Numbered from the stretch's first letter, positions 1-11,668 are shown. The stretch is DNA of 64,000 bases from Gammaproteobacteria bacterium (GCA_963662545.2 CAXXLL010000002.1:2080001-2144000); one strand, 5' to 3'. The notes: generated by a model from the sequence alone, not told the origin. Numbers and translations are program-made.

Positions 1-630
1 ACGATACCGGTGACGGTCGACGAAATCGTTTATCACACGCAACTCGTTGAGCGCGGATCCGAGCGCGTGATGCTGATGGCAGACATGCCGTTTATGAGTT
101 ATTCGTCCGCGAGCGACTGCCTGCTGAATGCCGCGCGCTTGATGAAGGAAGGCGGCGCGGAGATCGTCAAGCTCGAATGGGGAGAGCTCGAAATCGATAT
201 GGTCGCGCGTCTGACCGAATGCGGCGTGCCGGTCTGCGCCCACCTGGGTCTGACGCCTCAGGCGATCCACAAATACGGTGGTTACCGCGTACAGGGACGT
301 GAAGAGAAGACTGCGCAGAAGATGAAAACCGATGCGCGCGCGCTGGAAGAAGCGGGCGCCGACATTCTCCTGCTCGAGTGCGTACCGAGCGGCCTGGCCG
401 CGGAAATTACGCGGGATGCGACGGTCCCGGTAATAGGGATCGGCGCCGGACCCGATACCGATGGGCAGATCCTGGTGTTATACGACGTTCTTGATATCGC
501 GCCGGGCAAACGCACGCGCTTTTCCAAAAACTACATGGCCCAGGAAGGTTCGATCCACGGCGCGATCGAAACCTATGTGCGCGAAATCAAGTCCCAGGAG
601 TTTCCGACCGCCGAATATGCATTCCAGTGA
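1..630 (+). CDS. panB: 3-methyl-2-oxobutanoate hydroxymethyltransferase (5'-truncated by window edge)
   Basis: ADMPFMSY, VCAHLGLTPQ, YRVQGR and IGIGAG-DGQILV motifs. Confidence 0.95.
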   Translation, partial: TIPVTVDEIVYHTQLVERGSERVMLMADMPFMSYSSASDCLLNAARLMKEGGAEIVKLEWGELEIDMVARLTECGVPVCAHLGLTPQAIHKYGGYRVQGREEKTAQKMKTDARALEEAGADILLLECVPSGLAAEITRDATVPVIGIGAGPDTDGQILVLYDVLDIAPGKRTRFSKNYMAQEGSIHGAIETYVREIKSQEFPTAEYAFQ

Positions 631-644
631 CGGGATGAACGAAG

Positions 645-1499
645 GTGGATGAATCGCTCGCGCTACTGGTAAGCGCACTCGAACTCGAACGGCTCGAGGA
701 AAACCTTTTTCGCGGCGCCATCAGCGATACGCACCTCAAGCGCGTGTACGGTGGGAAAGTGCTGGGCGAAGCGATCAAAGCGGCGCAGTCAACCGTCGAC
801 GAGCGTGATGTGCATTCCATCCACGCTTATTTCCTGCGCGAGGCCGACTCCCAGAATCCGGTCATCTACGAAGTCGAACGCAGCCGCGACGGTCGCAGTT
901 TTTCCGCGCGGCGTGTGGTCGCGATTCAATACGGGCGCCCGATCTTCACGCTCGAAGCCTCGTTTCACAAGCCCGAGACGGGCCTGGAATACCAGGGCAA
1001 CATGCCCGAGGTGCCACCCCCTGAGGAACTCGCACGGGTCGTTTTCGAATCGATCAACCTGAGCAAGGCGTCGTCAAAGGTACAGCGCATCGCCAACATC
1101 GCAGCACCATTCGAGTTCCGGCCCATCGATCCCTATTTCAGCGACCCCGCACCGGGCACGCCGCCGCTGCGCCGCGTGTGGATGCGCACCGTAGACGCGT
1201 TGCCCGAAGATCCGGATCTGCACCGTGCGATCCTGGCCTACGTTTCCGACTACGGCCTGATCACGACCTTGTTGATGCCGCAGGGTGTGCGGCTCAACAA
1301 CGAGAAGCTGATGCTGGCAAGCCTCGATCACGCCATGTGGTTTCACCGACCGTTCGTAATGGACGATTGGCTGCTCTACGTCTGCGAAGGGGTGTCCTCG
1401 GGCAACGCGAGAGGTCTCGCGCGGGGTAGTTTTTACGATGCAGCCGGTACACTGGTGGTGTCAGTGGCCCAGGAAGGGCTGATTCGCCTTTTGGAGTGA
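645..1499 (+). CDS. tesB: acyl-CoA thioesterase II
   Basis: LEENLFRG, VYGG, RDGRSFSARRV, ASLDHAMWFHRP and QEGLIR motifs. Confidence 0.93.
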   Translation: MDESLALLVSALELERLEENLFRGAISDTHLKRVYGGKVLGEAIKAAQSTVDERDVHSIHAYFLREADSQNPVIYEVERSRDGRSFSARRVVAIQYGRPIFTLEASFHKPETGLEYQGNMPEVPPPEELARVVFESINLSKASSKVQRIANIAAPFEFRPIDPYFSDPAPGTPPLRRVWMRTVDALPEDPDLHRAILAYVSDYGLITTLLMPQGVRLNNEKLMLASLDHAMWFHRPFVMDDWLLYVCEGVSSGNARGLARGSFYDAAGTLVVSVAQEGLIRLLE

Positions 1500-1711
1500 C
1501 GGTGGGCACCGGTTGAGATTTGTTGGCGTTATCGTTTGATAAACCGTCACCTTAGAAGCGCGGCATAGCTTGTGGCGGCAAGTTTTATTCGCCGCGCTAG
1601 CACGCGCACTACGACAGATTACGCAGTGGACCTGCGAGGGCCCCAATGAATTTCCTGCTACCCTCGTTCGGTGTATCTTTGCTGGCAACTCATATTACAC
1701 ACGGGAGAAAA

Positions 1712-2119
1712 ATGATCATGCTCAGGAATATCGCTTTGATGCTGGTAGTGGGATTGTCCGCAACGGCTCAGGCCAACGAAAAGTTTTACGAGTGCGATGC
1801 ACTCCACGTGTCCGAGTTGAACGATAGCGGTGAATTGGAACAGACCAATTTCGCCAAGGCCATTGCCGTGTACGAATCCCATTTCGCTGTCGACCGGGCA
1901 ACGGGTGCGGCGGCCCATGGGCCGTTCGGATCTTGGGACGCAAAAGATACGCAAGTATTGAGCCCGGGCACCGACACCGAGGCATTCAAGGTTCTATGGC
2001 TGGCAAAAGCGCCCTATGCCCATTTCAAATACCTGCTGGTTAAATCCTATGTCGAAGGCGACAAAAAACCGTTCCTGGGCCTGACCGGGAATGTCGTGAT
2101 TACCGGGCTGTGCGAGTAG
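1712..2119 (+). CDS. hypothetical secreted protein
   Basis: Signal-peptide-like N-terminus (LRNIALMLVVGLSATAQA) after a GGAG RBS; no family recognised. Confidence 0.7.
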   Translation: MIMLRNIALMLVVGLSATAQANEKFYECDALHVSELNDSGELEQTNFAKAIAVYESHFAVDRATGAAAHGPFGSWDAKDTQVLSPGTDTEAFKVLWLAKAPYAHFKYLLVKSYVEGDKKPFLGLTGNVVITGLCE

Positions 2120-2493
2120 GGCGAATGCATGGAGCAAGCGCCGTGTCGACCGGCGCCTGCAGGAAAATCATCAACCCGAATTATCCGAAACGAGCGATGG
2201 GCTCAGATCAAATATTCCGGCCTAAAGTCGTATTCAACGGCACTTTTACTCTTCCTCGGTAAATGGCCTAACCCTGGCATCGAAAGGTATCTCGCCAAAA
2301 CCGGCGAGCAGAGCGCGCGCAAACGCATTACCCGTATTGGTCGCGAGTAATGGTTAAATCGATGGCGTAATCGCGACTTCACCACCAACGGGGCGTTTCA
2401 ATACACTTATGAGAAATCGTCTATATAATTATATTAATCTGATAGTTATCGTGTATATCTCATGTGATTAACGCTGTATAGAAATGCCACCTG

Positions 2494-2688
2494 GAACTGA
2501 TTCTGGGAAGACTGGACCGCGTCGGGTGGTTTCACTGACAGTTTGTGACGGACCATTGGCCATTATACGTCCGCGAGGGCGCGTTTTTGGGAAACCCGAG
2601 AGTCCTCGCGGGTGGGAGACGTTTCAATGTGCCGGGCATACTGGTCGTGTCGGTAAGCCAGGAAGGGCTGATTCGCCTGCTGAAGTGA
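2494..2688 (+). pseudogene. degenerate copy of the tesB 3' end (65 codons)
   Basis: Translates ELILGRLDRVGWFH*QFVTDHWPLYVREG...GILVVSVSQEGLIRLLK*, colinear without gaps to TesB KLMLASLDHAMWFHRPFVMDDWLLYVCEG...GTLVVSVAQEGLIRLLE* (1305-1499). Confidence 0.85.
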
Positions 2689-2754
2689 AGGCCGCCGTAG
2701 ATCCGGGCCTTATTAAAGGCGGAGGATTCCTACATGCGCCGCGTACTCCGTGCT

Positions 2755-2777
2755 TACTTGCTTGTTGCAAACAAGTA
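2755..2777. promoter_or_regulatory. imperfect palindrome, candidate TetR operator
   Basis: TACTTGcttgttgcaaaCAAGTA, directly before a TATAAC hexamer and 24 bp upstream of the tetR start. Confidence 0.5.
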
Positions 2778-2800
2778 TATAACGCGGGATAATCTTCCCC

Positions 2801-3472
2801 ATGGACGCCCGTCTTAAATTCGATCCCGAGCGCCGCACTCAGGCCGAACGCACGGCACTGTCCGACGCGCGCATGCTCAACGCTGCCGTCTCCCTGATCT
2901 GCGAACGCGGCACGGCCGGCATGACCTTGAAGGGAGTCGGCGAGCGCGCCGGCTACAGCCGCGGGCTCGCGAGCTACCGTTTCGGCAATAAGGGCGGGCT
3001 GTTCGCCTTCATCATCCACTCGATAGGGGAGTCCTGGCTGCGCCAACTGCGCCGTACCGTGCGCGATCGGGTGGGCCTAGAGGCTATCGAGGCCGCGACG
3101 GACGCGCACTACGAGTTCGTGGTCGACGGCGCCGACCGCATACGCGCCTTCTACATCCTGTGGTTCGACTCGATCGGACCGGATCCTGAACTCAAACGGG
3201 TCGTCGCCCACATTCACGAACGGCGGCGGCGCGACGTCGCCGAATGGATCGAAAAAGGCATCGAGGCGGGCGCCATCGATGCCGACGTCGACATCGCGGG
3301 GACCGCCGAACAATTCTGCGCCGCTATTATCGGGATCGTCTATCAATGGCTGGTAACCCCCGACGCACACGCGCATATCCGCTTCCTCCATGAATCTTTG
3401 AAAAAACAAACGGCCGTCGGTCTGTCGAGACCGCGCCACAAAGTCATCGCGCAAACGGAGACCGCATCATGA
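2801..3472 (+). CDS. TetR/AcrR family transcriptional regulator
   Basis: N-terminal HTH ([13 protein letters not shown]...[22 protein letters not shown]); ATGA overlap with icmF. Confidence 0.9.
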   Translation: MDARLKFDPERRTQAERTALSDARMLNAAVSLICERGTAGMTLKGVGERAGYSRGLASYRFGNKGGLFAFIIHSIGESWLRQLRRTVRDRVGLEAIEAATDAHYEFVVDGADRIRAFYILWFDSIGPDPELKRVVAHIHERRRRDVAEWIEKGIEAGAIDADVDIAGTAEQFCAAIIGIVYQWLVTPDAHAHIRFLHESLKKQTAVGLSRPRHKVIAQTETAS

Positions 3473-6400
3473 GCACCCGAGCGGAAGATCTGAACAAGCT
3501 TCCCGAGGCATCCACGGCAACCGCGCCGATGCGTTTCGTCACCGCCGCGTCTCTGTTCGACGGGCACGATGCGGCCATCAACGTGATGCGTCGATTGATC
3601 CAGGCCGAAGGTACGGAAGTCGTGCATCTCGGGCATAACCGATCGGTCGCCGATGTCGTCCGTGCCGCCATCCAGGAAGATGCCGACGGCATCGCGATCA
3701 GTTCTTATCAGGGCGGTCACAACGAATACTTCCGCTACATGATCGATATGCTGCGTGACGCGGGGGCCGGCCACATCCGTGTTTTCGGCGGCGGCGGCGG
3801 CACGATTACCCCCGCGGAGATCGCCGAACTCGAATCCTACGGCGTAGAACGCATCTACCACCCGCATGACGGCATGCGCCTGGGCCTGGCCGGCATGATC
3901 ACCGATCTGGTGACCCGCACCGGCGCGGCGCGGCGCCAGTCCCCGGTGCCCGAGACCACCAGTCGTGACGATTTTCTCAGCATCGCCCAGATGCTTTCCG
4001 CTCTGGAAGACGGCGTCTTACCTGACCTACGCCTGGAGACATTACGCAAGGAATGGCGCATGGCGGCAGGGCCGGTACCGGTGATCGGTATCACGGGGAC
4101 CGGCGGCGCCGGCAAGAGCAGCGTGATCGACGAGATCCTGTCGCGTTATTGCCAGTATTTCCCGGACCAGACCATCGCCGTGCTGGCCGTCGATCCGACG
4201 CGCCGGCGCACCGGCGGCGCGTTGCTCGGCGACCGCATCCGTATGAACGCTCTGCGCCACGAAAATATCTACATGCGCTCGATGGCCACGCGCCGGCAAC
4301 ACCTCTCGACCAACGCCATGCTCGCCGACGCCATCAATCTCCTCAAGTCGTCCGGCTTCGATCTAGTGATCGTCGAAACCGCCGGCATCGGTCAGAGCGA
4401 CAGCGAAATCGTCGACCTGGTCGACCTGCCCGTTTACATCATGACCAGTGAATACGGGGCGCCCAGCCAGCTCGAGAAAATCGACATGCTGGATTTCGCG
4501 GAGCTCATCGTGCTCAACAAGTTCGACAAACGCGGTGCCGAAGACGCCCTGCGTGATGTCCGCAAGCAGTGGAAACGCAACCATGTGAAATTCGATATTG
4601 CGGACGAAGCAATCCCGGTGTTTCCGACGATCGCGAGCCAGTTCAATGATCCCGGCCTGACCTGGATGTTCGTGAACCTGTGCCGTAGCTTGCAAGAGAA
4701 ACTGGGCCTCGACGCCGCGGCCGGAATAACCGAAATCGACACCAGTATCAGAGAACCGCGGGCGACGGTACTCATTCCGGGTAACCGCATCCGCTATCTC
4801 GCCGAGATCGCGGAGCAGGGCCGCACAACGAACGGCGACATCGAACAGTTGAGCGACGCCGCAAATCAGGCTCAGCATGCCTTCGAAGCGCTGAAGACAC
4901 TCGAAGATTCCGAACTACCCGAGGCCTTCTCGCCGTATGCTCCCTCGTCGTTGACCGGCGGCGGTGATAGGTCACTGCTGACCTTGCGGCAACGCTACAA
5001 CGCGGCACTCGACGATATGGGCGTCGAAGCGCGCCAGCTGCTGGACCAATGGCCTGAGCGCTATCGTGGTATCACCAAAGAAACCTACAGCTACGAGGTG
5101 CGCGGAAAAGCAATCGAAGGGGAAAACTACAAAACCAGTCTGAGCCACCAGAGCATACCCAAAATCGCACCGCCCCGCTTCGACGGTTGGGGTGATCTGC
5201 TACGCTTTTTAATGAAAGAGAACCTGCCCGGCGCCTATCCTTATACCGGCGGCGTCTTCCCTTACCGGCGCGAGGGAGAAGATCCGACGCGCATGTTTGC
5301 CGGGGAGGGCACGCCCGAACGCACCAACCGCCGCTTCCACTACGTTGCGCACGGGCACCCGGCGGCGCGCCTGTCGACGGCTTTCGATTCCGTCACCCTC
5401 TACGGCGAAGATCCGCATGAACGACCGGATATTTACGGTAAGGTCGGAAACTCGGGGGTTTCCATCGCCTCGGTCGACGATGCCAAGAAGCTTTATTCGG
5501 GCTTCGACCTGTGTTCGCCGAAGACGTCGGTATCGATGACCATCAACGGGCCCGCCCCGATCATTCTCGCCTTCTTCATGAATGCGGCGATCGATCAGCA
5601 GATCGAGAAAACCCTCAAGGCCTCGGGTAGCTGGACCGCCGCGGAAAAGAAGATCGCCCGCTATTTCGAAGGTAAGCAACGTCCCCGTTACAAGGGGGAT
5701 CTGCCGCAGGGTAACGACGGGCTTGGTCTCGGACTGCTCGGCATCTCGGGCGACCGGTTGGTCGAGCGCGAAACTTACGAGCGCGTGAAGGCGGAAACGC
5801 TGGCCTCCGTTCGCGGCACGGTCCAGGCCGACATCCTGAAGGAGGACCAGGCGCAAAACACCTGCATCTTTTCGACCGAGTTCGCGATGACAATGATGGG
5901 CGACGTACAGCAGTTCTTCATCGATCACCAGGTGCGCAATTTCTACAGCGTCTCGATCAGTGGTTATCACATCGCCGAAGCCGGCGCGAACCCGATTTCG
6001 CAGCTCGCCTTCACGCTGACCAACGGCTTCACCATCGTCGAGTACTACTTGGCGCGCGGCATGAAGATCGACGACTTCGCACCCAATCTCAGCTTCTTTT
6101 TCAGCAATGGCATGGACCCGGAGTACACCGTCATCGGCCGGGTCGCGCGTCGCATCTGGGCACGGGCGATGCGCGAACGCTACGGTGCAAGCGCGCGCAG
6201 CCAGATGCTCAAGTACCACATTCAAACCAGCGGGCGCAGCCTGCATGCGCAGGAGATCAGCTTTAATGACATCCGCACGTCCTTGCAGGCGCTCTACGCG
6301 CTGTTCGACAATTGCAACAGCCTGCACACTAACGCCTACGATGAGGCCATCACCACACCGACAGAGCAATCGGTACGCCGCGCGGTCGCGATCCAACTGA

Positions 6401-6915
6401 TCATCAACCGCGAGCTGGGACTCAATTTCTGTGAGAACCCCTGGCAGGGCTCATTCATCATCAACGAGCTCACCAATCTCGTCGAAGAAGCCGTGTACCA
6501 GGAGTTCGAACGAATCAGCGAACGGGGCGGGGTGCTCGGCGCGATGGACACCATGTATCAGCGCGGCAAGATCCAGGAAGAGAGCCTCTACTACGAGCAC
6601 AAGAAGCACGACGGCAGCCTGCCGCTCATCGGCGTCAATACCTTCCTGCCGAAGGAGGGACAGGCAGAAGAGGTTACCGAGATCGAACTCATGCGTTCGA
6701 CCGAAGAGGAGAAGCAAGACCAGATCGCCTCGATCAGGAATTTCCAGGCGATCCATGTCGAAAGCTGCGATCAAGGTCTTCTGACACTGCAGGACGTCGC
6801 GCGCAAGCGTGGCAACTGTTTTGCGGAACTGATGGAGACCGTGAAACGCGCCTCTCTTGGCCAGGTATCGGGTGCGCTCTACGACGTCGGCGGCGAATAC
6901 CGCCGCAACATGTAA
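3469..6915 (+). CDS. icmF: fused isobutyryl-CoA mutase / MeaI GTPase chaperone
   Basis: B12-binding DGHDAAIN domain, P-loop GTGGAGKSS and NKFD, C-terminal mutase barrel ([12 protein letters not shown]); 1148 aa. Confidence 0.95.
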   Translation: MSTRAEDLNKLPEASTATAPMRFVTAASLFDGHDAAINVMRRLIQAEGTEVVHLGHNRSVADVVRAAIQEDADGIAISSYQGGHNEYFRYMIDMLRDAGAGHIRVFGGGGGTITPAEIAELESYGVERIYHPHDGMRLGLAGMITDLVTRTGAARRQSPVPETTSRDDFLSIAQMLSALEDGVLPDLRLETLRKEWRMAAGPVPVIGITGTGGAGKSSVIDEILSRYCQYFPDQTIAVLAVDPTRRRTGGALLGDRIRMNALRHENIYMRSMATRRQHLSTNAMLADAINLLKSSGFDLVIVETAGIGQSDSEIVDLVDLPVYIMTSEYGAPSQLEKIDMLDFAELIVLNKFDKRGAEDALRDVRKQWKRNHVKFDIADEAIPVFPTIASQFNDPGLTWMFVNLCRSLQEKLGLDAAAGITEIDTSIREPRATVLIPGNRIRYLAEIAEQGRTTNGDIEQLSDAANQAQHAFEALKTLEDSELPEAFSPYAPSSLTGGGDRSLLTLRQRYNAALDDMGVEARQLLDQWPERYRGITKETYSYEVRGKAIEGENYKTSLSHQSIPKIAPPRFDGWGDLLRFLMKENLPGAYPYTGGVFPYRREGEDPTRMFAGEGTPERTNRRFHYVAHGHPAARLSTAFDSVTLYGEDPHERPDIYGKVGNSGVSIASVDDAKKLYSGFDLCSPKTSVSMTINGPAPIILAFFMNAAIDQQIEKTLKASGSWTAAEKKIARYFEGKQRPRYKGDLPQGNDGLGLGLLGISGDRLVERETYERVKAETLASVRGTVQADILKEDQAQNTCIFSTEFAMTMMGDVQQFFIDHQVRNFYSVSISGYHIAEAGANPISQLAFTLTNGFTIVEYYLARGMKIDDFAPNLSFFFSNGMDPEYTVIGRVARRIWARAMRERYGASARSQMLKYHIQTSGRSLHAQEISFNDIRTSLQALYALFDNCNSLHTNAYDEAITTPTEQSVRRAVAIQLIINRELGLNFCENPWQGSFIINELTNLVEEAVYQEFERISERGGVLGAMDTMYQRGKIQEESLYYEHKKHDGSLPLIGVNTFLPKEGQAEEVTEIELMRSTEEEKQDQIASIRNFQAIHVESCDQGLLTLQDVARKRGNCFAELMETVKRASLGQVSGALYDVGGEYRRNM

Positions 6916-6973
6916 CCCAAGCGCCGCAGCCGTGTTGCCAACTATGCCGCACTGCAGGAAAATCTGAACCGTC

Positions 6974-7780
6974 ATGGCAGTCGATGCCTTCGGGCAGGAG
7001 CACGCACGCGCGGGCACTGAGGCGAGGATCGTTTCGCTGGTGCCGAGCATTACCGAGCTCTTGTTCGATCTGGGCCTTGGAGCGCAGCTAATCGGCCGCA
7101 CCGGTTTCTGCGTGCATCCCAAATCCGAAGTGCGCAAACTGACCAAGATCGGTGGCACCAAGGACGTCAATCTCGACGCGATACGCGCGCTCGCGCCCAG
7201 CCACGCAATCGTCAATATCGACGAAAACAATCGTGAGACCTTCGAAGCGCTGAACACCTTCGTGCCCCATGTGATCGTGACCCATCCCAACGCACCGCGG
7301 GACAATCTCGATCTCTACTGTCTGCTAGGCGATATCTTTGATCGCGTCGGGGCGGCGCGTCAGCTCGCGCGTGATTTCGAAACCGCCCTGGCGTCGATCG
7401 CGCGCACCCGTGAATCCCTACCCACGAAACGCGTGTTGTATCTGATCTGGCGCAAACCCTGGATGGCCGTATCGCAGGATACCTATATCTCTCGAACGCT
7501 CGAACTCGTCAACTGGGAAACCCTGCCGCGCGACTGCAGCGTCCGTTACCCGACACTGAGTGGAGAGGACATCCGGAAACTGCCGGTCGATATCTGCCTG
7601 CTCAGCAGTGAGCCTTATGCGTTTCGCGACAAACATCTCGACGAAATCGGACGGCTGATAGGTGCGCGCGAAAACGTACGTCTGATCGACGGAGAGATGA
7701 TCTCCTGGTACGGCAGCCGCGCGATTGCGGGCATCGATTACCTGGCGCGATTCGCCGCCTCATCGGCAGCCGCGCCGTGA
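6974..7780 (+). CDS. BtuF-like helical-backbone cobalamin/metal-binding protein
   Basis: RIVSLVPSITELL, GRTGFCVHP, KIGGTK and DGEMISWYGSR motifs; no signal peptide evident. Confidence 0.8.
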   Translation: MAVDAFGQEHARAGTEARIVSLVPSITELLFDLGLGAQLIGRTGFCVHPKSEVRKLTKIGGTKDVNLDAIRALAPSHAIVNIDENNRETFEALNTFVPHVIVTHPNAPRDNLDLYCLLGDIFDRVGAARQLARDFETALASIARTRESLPTKRVLYLIWRKPWMAVSQDTYISRTLELVNWETLPRDCSVRYPTLSGEDIRKLPVDICLLSSEPYAFRDKHLDEIGRLIGARENVRLIDGEMISWYGSRAIAGIDYLARFAASSAAAP

Positions 7781-7974
7781 AACCGGCCGCTCCGATCGCG
7801 TCACCGTGCGTCGAGGTGTGTAACATCGATGAAGCACGCGGTTATTGTTGGGGCTGCTTCCGAACGCTCGATGAAATCGCATCGTGGCTCGAATACTCGC
7901 CGGAGCAGCGCGCGGACCTGATGTTGGATCTTGAGCGGCGCCGCATAGCGTTCGGCGAGAAGGCACAATCTTAG
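7777..7974 (+). CDS. DUF1289 family small Cys-rich protein
   Basis: SPCVEVC...CWGCFRTLDEIASW. Confidence 0.85.
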   Translation: MKPAAPIASPCVEVCNIDEARGYCWGCFRTLDEIASWLEYSPEQRADLMLDLERRRIAFGEKAQS

Positions 7975-7999
7975 TTTGGATCACCACGGGGGAATCTCG

Positions 8000-8791
8000 A
8001 TGAGTTATGAAACCTTGACATTCGAACGCGATGGCAGCGTTGCGATAATCACCCTCAACCGGCCGGACGCTGCTAACAGCCTGAACGTCCCGATGTCCGA
8101 GGAGCTCGTCAAGGTCGCCACGCACTGCGACTCGAACCCCGACATCCGCGCGGTCGTGCTGACTGCCAAGGGCAAGATGTTCTGCGCCGGCGGCGATCTA
8201 CGCAGCTTTGCCGCCCAGGGTGACGGCATGGCCGAGTACATGCGCTACGCGACAGCTGGACTGCACGCGGCAATATCGCGCTTCGCGCGCATGAACGCGC
8301 CCTATCTGGTGGCCGTGAACGGCATGGCCGCTGGCGCCGGATTCAGTATCGCGATCACGGGCGACCTGGTCTTTGCTGCCGAATCGGCAAAGTTCACCGA
8401 AGCGTACACCAAGGTCGGCGTCTCGCCAGACGGTAGCAGCACCTGGTTTCTACCGCGCCTGGTCGGCTCGATGAAGGCCAAGCGCCTGATCTTTCTGAAC
8501 GATGTACTGACGGCGGAGCAGGCACTCGAATGGGGGCTTGTTACCGAGGTCGTGCCGGACGATAAACTGATGGAACGTACGCTTGCATGCGCCCACCAAC
8601 TCGCGACCGGTCCAACCTTGGCCTACGGTGAGGCCAAGCGGCTCATTGCCGATACCTTTAGCACCACGCTTGAAACACAGATGGAACTCGAGACGCGCGC
8701 CATCTCGGGGCTCGCAGCCTATTCGGAGGACGCGAAAACCGGCATTCACGGTTTTGCCAATAAACAGAAATTCGAGTTCAAGGGGCGCTGA
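8000..8791 (+). CDS. enoyl-CoA hydratase/isomerase
   Basis: ITLNRPDAAN, FCAGGDL, AVNGMAAGAG and PDGSSTWFLPRLVG motifs. Confidence 0.9.
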   Translation: MSYETLTFERDGSVAIITLNRPDAANSLNVPMSEELVKVATHCDSNPDIRAVVLTAKGKMFCAGGDLRSFAAQGDGMAEYMRYATAGLHAAISRFARMNAPYLVAVNGMAAGAGFSIAITGDLVFAAESAKFTEAYTKVGVSPDGSSTWFLPRLVGSMKAKRLIFLNDVLTAEQALEWGLVTEVVPDDKLMERTLACAHQLATGPTLAYGEAKRLIADTFSTTLETQMELETRAISGLAAYSEDAKTGIHGFANKQKFEFKGR

Positions 8792-8797
8792 TCGCCG

Positions 8798-9805
8798 ATG
8801 AAAGCACTGGTTCTAAAGGAAGTCGGCGGTCCCGAAAAACTCGTCATCGAGGAGGTGGACCTGCCGCAGCCGGGCGCCGGCGAGGTCCGTGTTCGGATCA
8901 AAACGGCGGCGCTCAACCGTCGCGACGTCTGGATCACGGTCGGCGCCTACCCGCGCATTGAATTTCCTTCCATCGGCGGCTCGGACGGCGCGGGTATCGT
9001 CGAGGCGGTGGGCGCAGGCGTCGACGAAAACCTCATAGGGCGGAAAGTAGTTATCTATCCGGCACGCGATTGGGGCGACGACCCGCGCTGCGGAGGACCG
9101 AATTTCCGCGTGCTCGGCATGCCCGATCAGGGTACTTTTGCCGAAACGATCTGCGTTCCCGCCGATTCCATCCTCGAGAAGCCCGCGCACCTGGACTGGG
9201 CGCAGGCGGCAGCCATACCGCTCGCCGGCATGACGGCGTGGCGTGCATGCGTCACCCACGGCGAGGTCCAGGCCGGACAGAACGTGCTGATCACGGGAAT
9301 CGGCGGCGGCTGCGCGACCTTCGCCCTGATGTGGGCACTGGGGCACGGCGCCGAGGTGTTCGTCACCAGCAGCAGCGAGGACAAGCTCGCCGCGGCGCGC
9401 AAGCTCGGTGCGCGCGACGGCTTCGATTACCGCACGGACGGCTGGTCGGCCGATCTCAAACAGGCGAGCGGTGGCATCGACCTTGTGATCGACAGCGCTG
9501 GCGGCGATGGCCTGCACGATAGTCTCGACACCTTGCGCGCCGGCGGCCGTTATGTTTTCTTCGGCGCGACGCGGGGCAACGCCGAGCAGGGCGTTAACAT
9601 GGCCAAGCTCTTTTTTCGCCAGATCCGGATCCAGGGTACGACGATGGGCCGTCCGCAGGAATTTACGGACATGCTCGATTTTGTCAATCTGCACGGCATT
9701 GAACCGGTCCTCGACGAGGTCGTCCCGTTCGAACAGGCGGTCGCCGCCCACCAACGCATGCTGGACGCCGAACAAATGGGCAAGATAGTCCTCGAGATTG
9801 CATGA
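8798..9805 (+). CDS. medium-chain dehydrogenase/reductase (NADPH:quinone reductase-like)
   Basis: GSDGAG, MTAWRA and VLITGIGGG motifs; C-terminal GKIVL. Confidence 0.88.
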   Translation: MKALVLKEVGGPEKLVIEEVDLPQPGAGEVRVRIKTAALNRRDVWITVGAYPRIEFPSIGGSDGAGIVEAVGAGVDENLIGRKVVIYPARDWGDDPRCGGPNFRVLGMPDQGTFAETICVPADSILEKPAHLDWAQAAAIPLAGMTAWRACVTHGEVQAGQNVLITGIGGGCATFALMWALGHGAEVFVTSSSEDKLAAARKLGARDGFDYRTDGWSADLKQASGGIDLVIDSAGGDGLHDSLDTLRAGGRYVFFGATRGNAEQGVNMAKLFFRQIRIQGTTMGRPQEFTDMLDFVNLHGIEPVLDEVVPFEQAVAAHQRMLDAEQMGKIVLEIA

Positions 9806-10412
9806 GCGCTTGGCGGCCCTTTCAATGAACGGCTTTATCAGACGGCTCGCACCGGCCGCGCTGATCATTGCGTGTACCACGGCCGCGGCAGAGGATTCCA
9901 CAGGCGGTGAACGCCTGTTGATCCCGGTACCGGACGGTTGGGAAAAGGTCTTCCACGAGCGTATAGAGAACGTAGCGCAGGCGGAATACGTGCCGGAAGG
10001 CCAGAGCCGTGAGACATCCGAGGAGATGATCACGGCCCAGATCCTATTCGGCCGCGCGCAGGTGTTACCGGACAAAGTATTGTTGAGCGTCGCTGACGGC
10101 GCGAGCAAGCGTTGTGAGCCGTTCGAAGTCCGGCCGCTCGAATTCGACAATAAGGCCGTCTACCCGACGCTCGGGATCGTCGTGCTGTGCGGTTCCAATA
10201 CGCGCACAGGGCAGGGTGAACTCATTTTTATCAGGGCGATCGGTGGCTCCCACAATTTCTACGTCGTGCAAAAGATCTGGCACACACCGCCGTTCGACAT
10301 AACCTCCGAGTTTCCGGTGCCGCTCGCGGATCGACAGACCTGGCTCGAATACCTCACATCGATTGACGTCTGCGATCTGGATCTGAAGAACTGTCCGGAA
10401 TCAGTAAAGTAG
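9798..10412 (+). CDS. hypothetical exported protein (start may be 9825)
   Basis: Signal-peptide-like segment RRLAPAALIIACTTAAA; several Cys; last gene of the operon. Confidence 0.65.
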   Translation: MHERLAALSMNGFIRRLAPAALIIACTTAAAEDSTGGERLLIPVPDGWEKVFHERIENVAQAEYVPEGQSRETSEEMITAQILFGRAQVLPDKVLLSVADGASKRCEPFEVRPLEFDNKAVYPTLGIVVLCGSNTRTGQGELIFIRAIGGSHNFYVVQKIWHTPPFDITSEFPVPLADRQTWLEYLTSIDVCDLDLKNCPESVK

Positions 10413-10666
10413 TAGACGTCACGCCTTAAGGGTGTGAGCGGCACAGGCGAGCCGCGCGAATAAAGACGATGGTGTGCACCGAGCGAGGGCTGATGGGGAA
10501 CACTCCCTTCAGATGAGGCCCTGCTAAGGCTGCTGCTTAAACTTGAACCAATGATGCGCCCGAAGAGCCGGATTCTCCTTTAGCTACGGCTAACAACCGT
10601 CTCAATTATTCTAACGACGGACAAGCTGCTCCGAAGACGCCTTTCTATGCAGTCCACCGGTAAGCT

Positions 10667-11668
10667 TTAACACGAGTTAAAGATCGCCTGGTAGGCGGAA
10701 ACCATTTTGTCCATTGTGTAGCTTTCCAGAATTTTCTGACGGTTATATTTACCCATCGCATTGCGTTTTTCCCGATCATCGGCAAGCTCGTTTAAATATT
10801 TCAAAGCCTCGCGATTATCACCCGATGTATATAGATATCCGCCCATACCGTGATCGACCAATTCCGGCATTGATGAAATATTGGTAGTGACGATGGGCAA
10901 TCCACATGACATTGCCTCCAACAAGACCAAACTTAAACCCTCTCGCCAGGAAGGGAAGAACATTATATCGGCCTGTTGATACAGTTTGTGCATCTCCTCA
11001 TAAGGTATCCGCGGAAGCCACTCAATCCTGGTGGCGTCCTTGCCGCTATGCTTTTCATCTCGTAGGCCTCCAGTAATAACGAGATGACAGTGGTCGGGCA
11101 ACTGCTCCGCCACCGCAATTAAGGCATCCTTTCCTTTCCTGGCCGAGGGATTACCTGAAAATAGTATTCTGATCTTGTCACTTTCTGGTTTATCAATTGC
11201 GGGCTGGAAAAGCTCTATATCGACGCCGTTCTCAATTACATCACAGTCCAATCCGATGTCCTCTTTCACTAACGCCGCAGTAGCGTGACTTACTGCTACA
11301 AGACGGCTGGCTTTCTTTACGGCACTCATCACCGAAGAACGAAGCGCTGTTCGATAGAAAAGTGATCGCAGAGGATCTACTCGCGACAAGTATGCCCGAT
11401 CCAAGTAATAGTTATGGAAGGTAAGCACAACCCGACTCGCTCCGGTCAAAACGGCACTCCCCATATCCGGAGCGGTATGAATCAAATCACAGTCTTTTGA
11501 AAACCGCCCCAGTGCCGGAGTAATCAAAGCCCACTTTGGATCGATACCTCGAATCGTGTAGTTTTGCACCTTATTCGCAAGATTATTATGCAGTACAAAT
11601 GCGCCGCTACCGGTCACGATAGGAGAATAAATCTCCATCCCTATAGATCTCCCACAAAACGCTGCCAA
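10667..11668 (-). CDS. glycosyltransferase family 4
   Basis: IENGVD, ARKG and EGLSLVLLEAMSCGLPIV motifs. Confidence 0.9.
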   Translation of the reverse strand: MAAFCGRSIGMEIYSPIVTGSGAFVLHNNLANKVQNYTIRGIDPKWALITPALGRFSKDCDLIHTAPDMGSAVLTGASRVVLTFHNYYLDRAYLSRVDPLRSLFYRTALRSSVMSAVKKASRLVAVSHATAALVKEDIGLDCDVIENGVDIELFQPAIDKPESDKIRILFSGNPSARKGKDALIAVAEQLPDHCHLVITGGLRDEKHSGKDATRIEWLPRIPYEEMHKLYQQADIMFFPSWREGLSLVLLEAMSCGLPIVTTNISSMPELVDHGMGGYLYTSGDNREALKYLNELADDREKRNAMGKYNRQKILESYTMDKMVSAYQAIFNSC

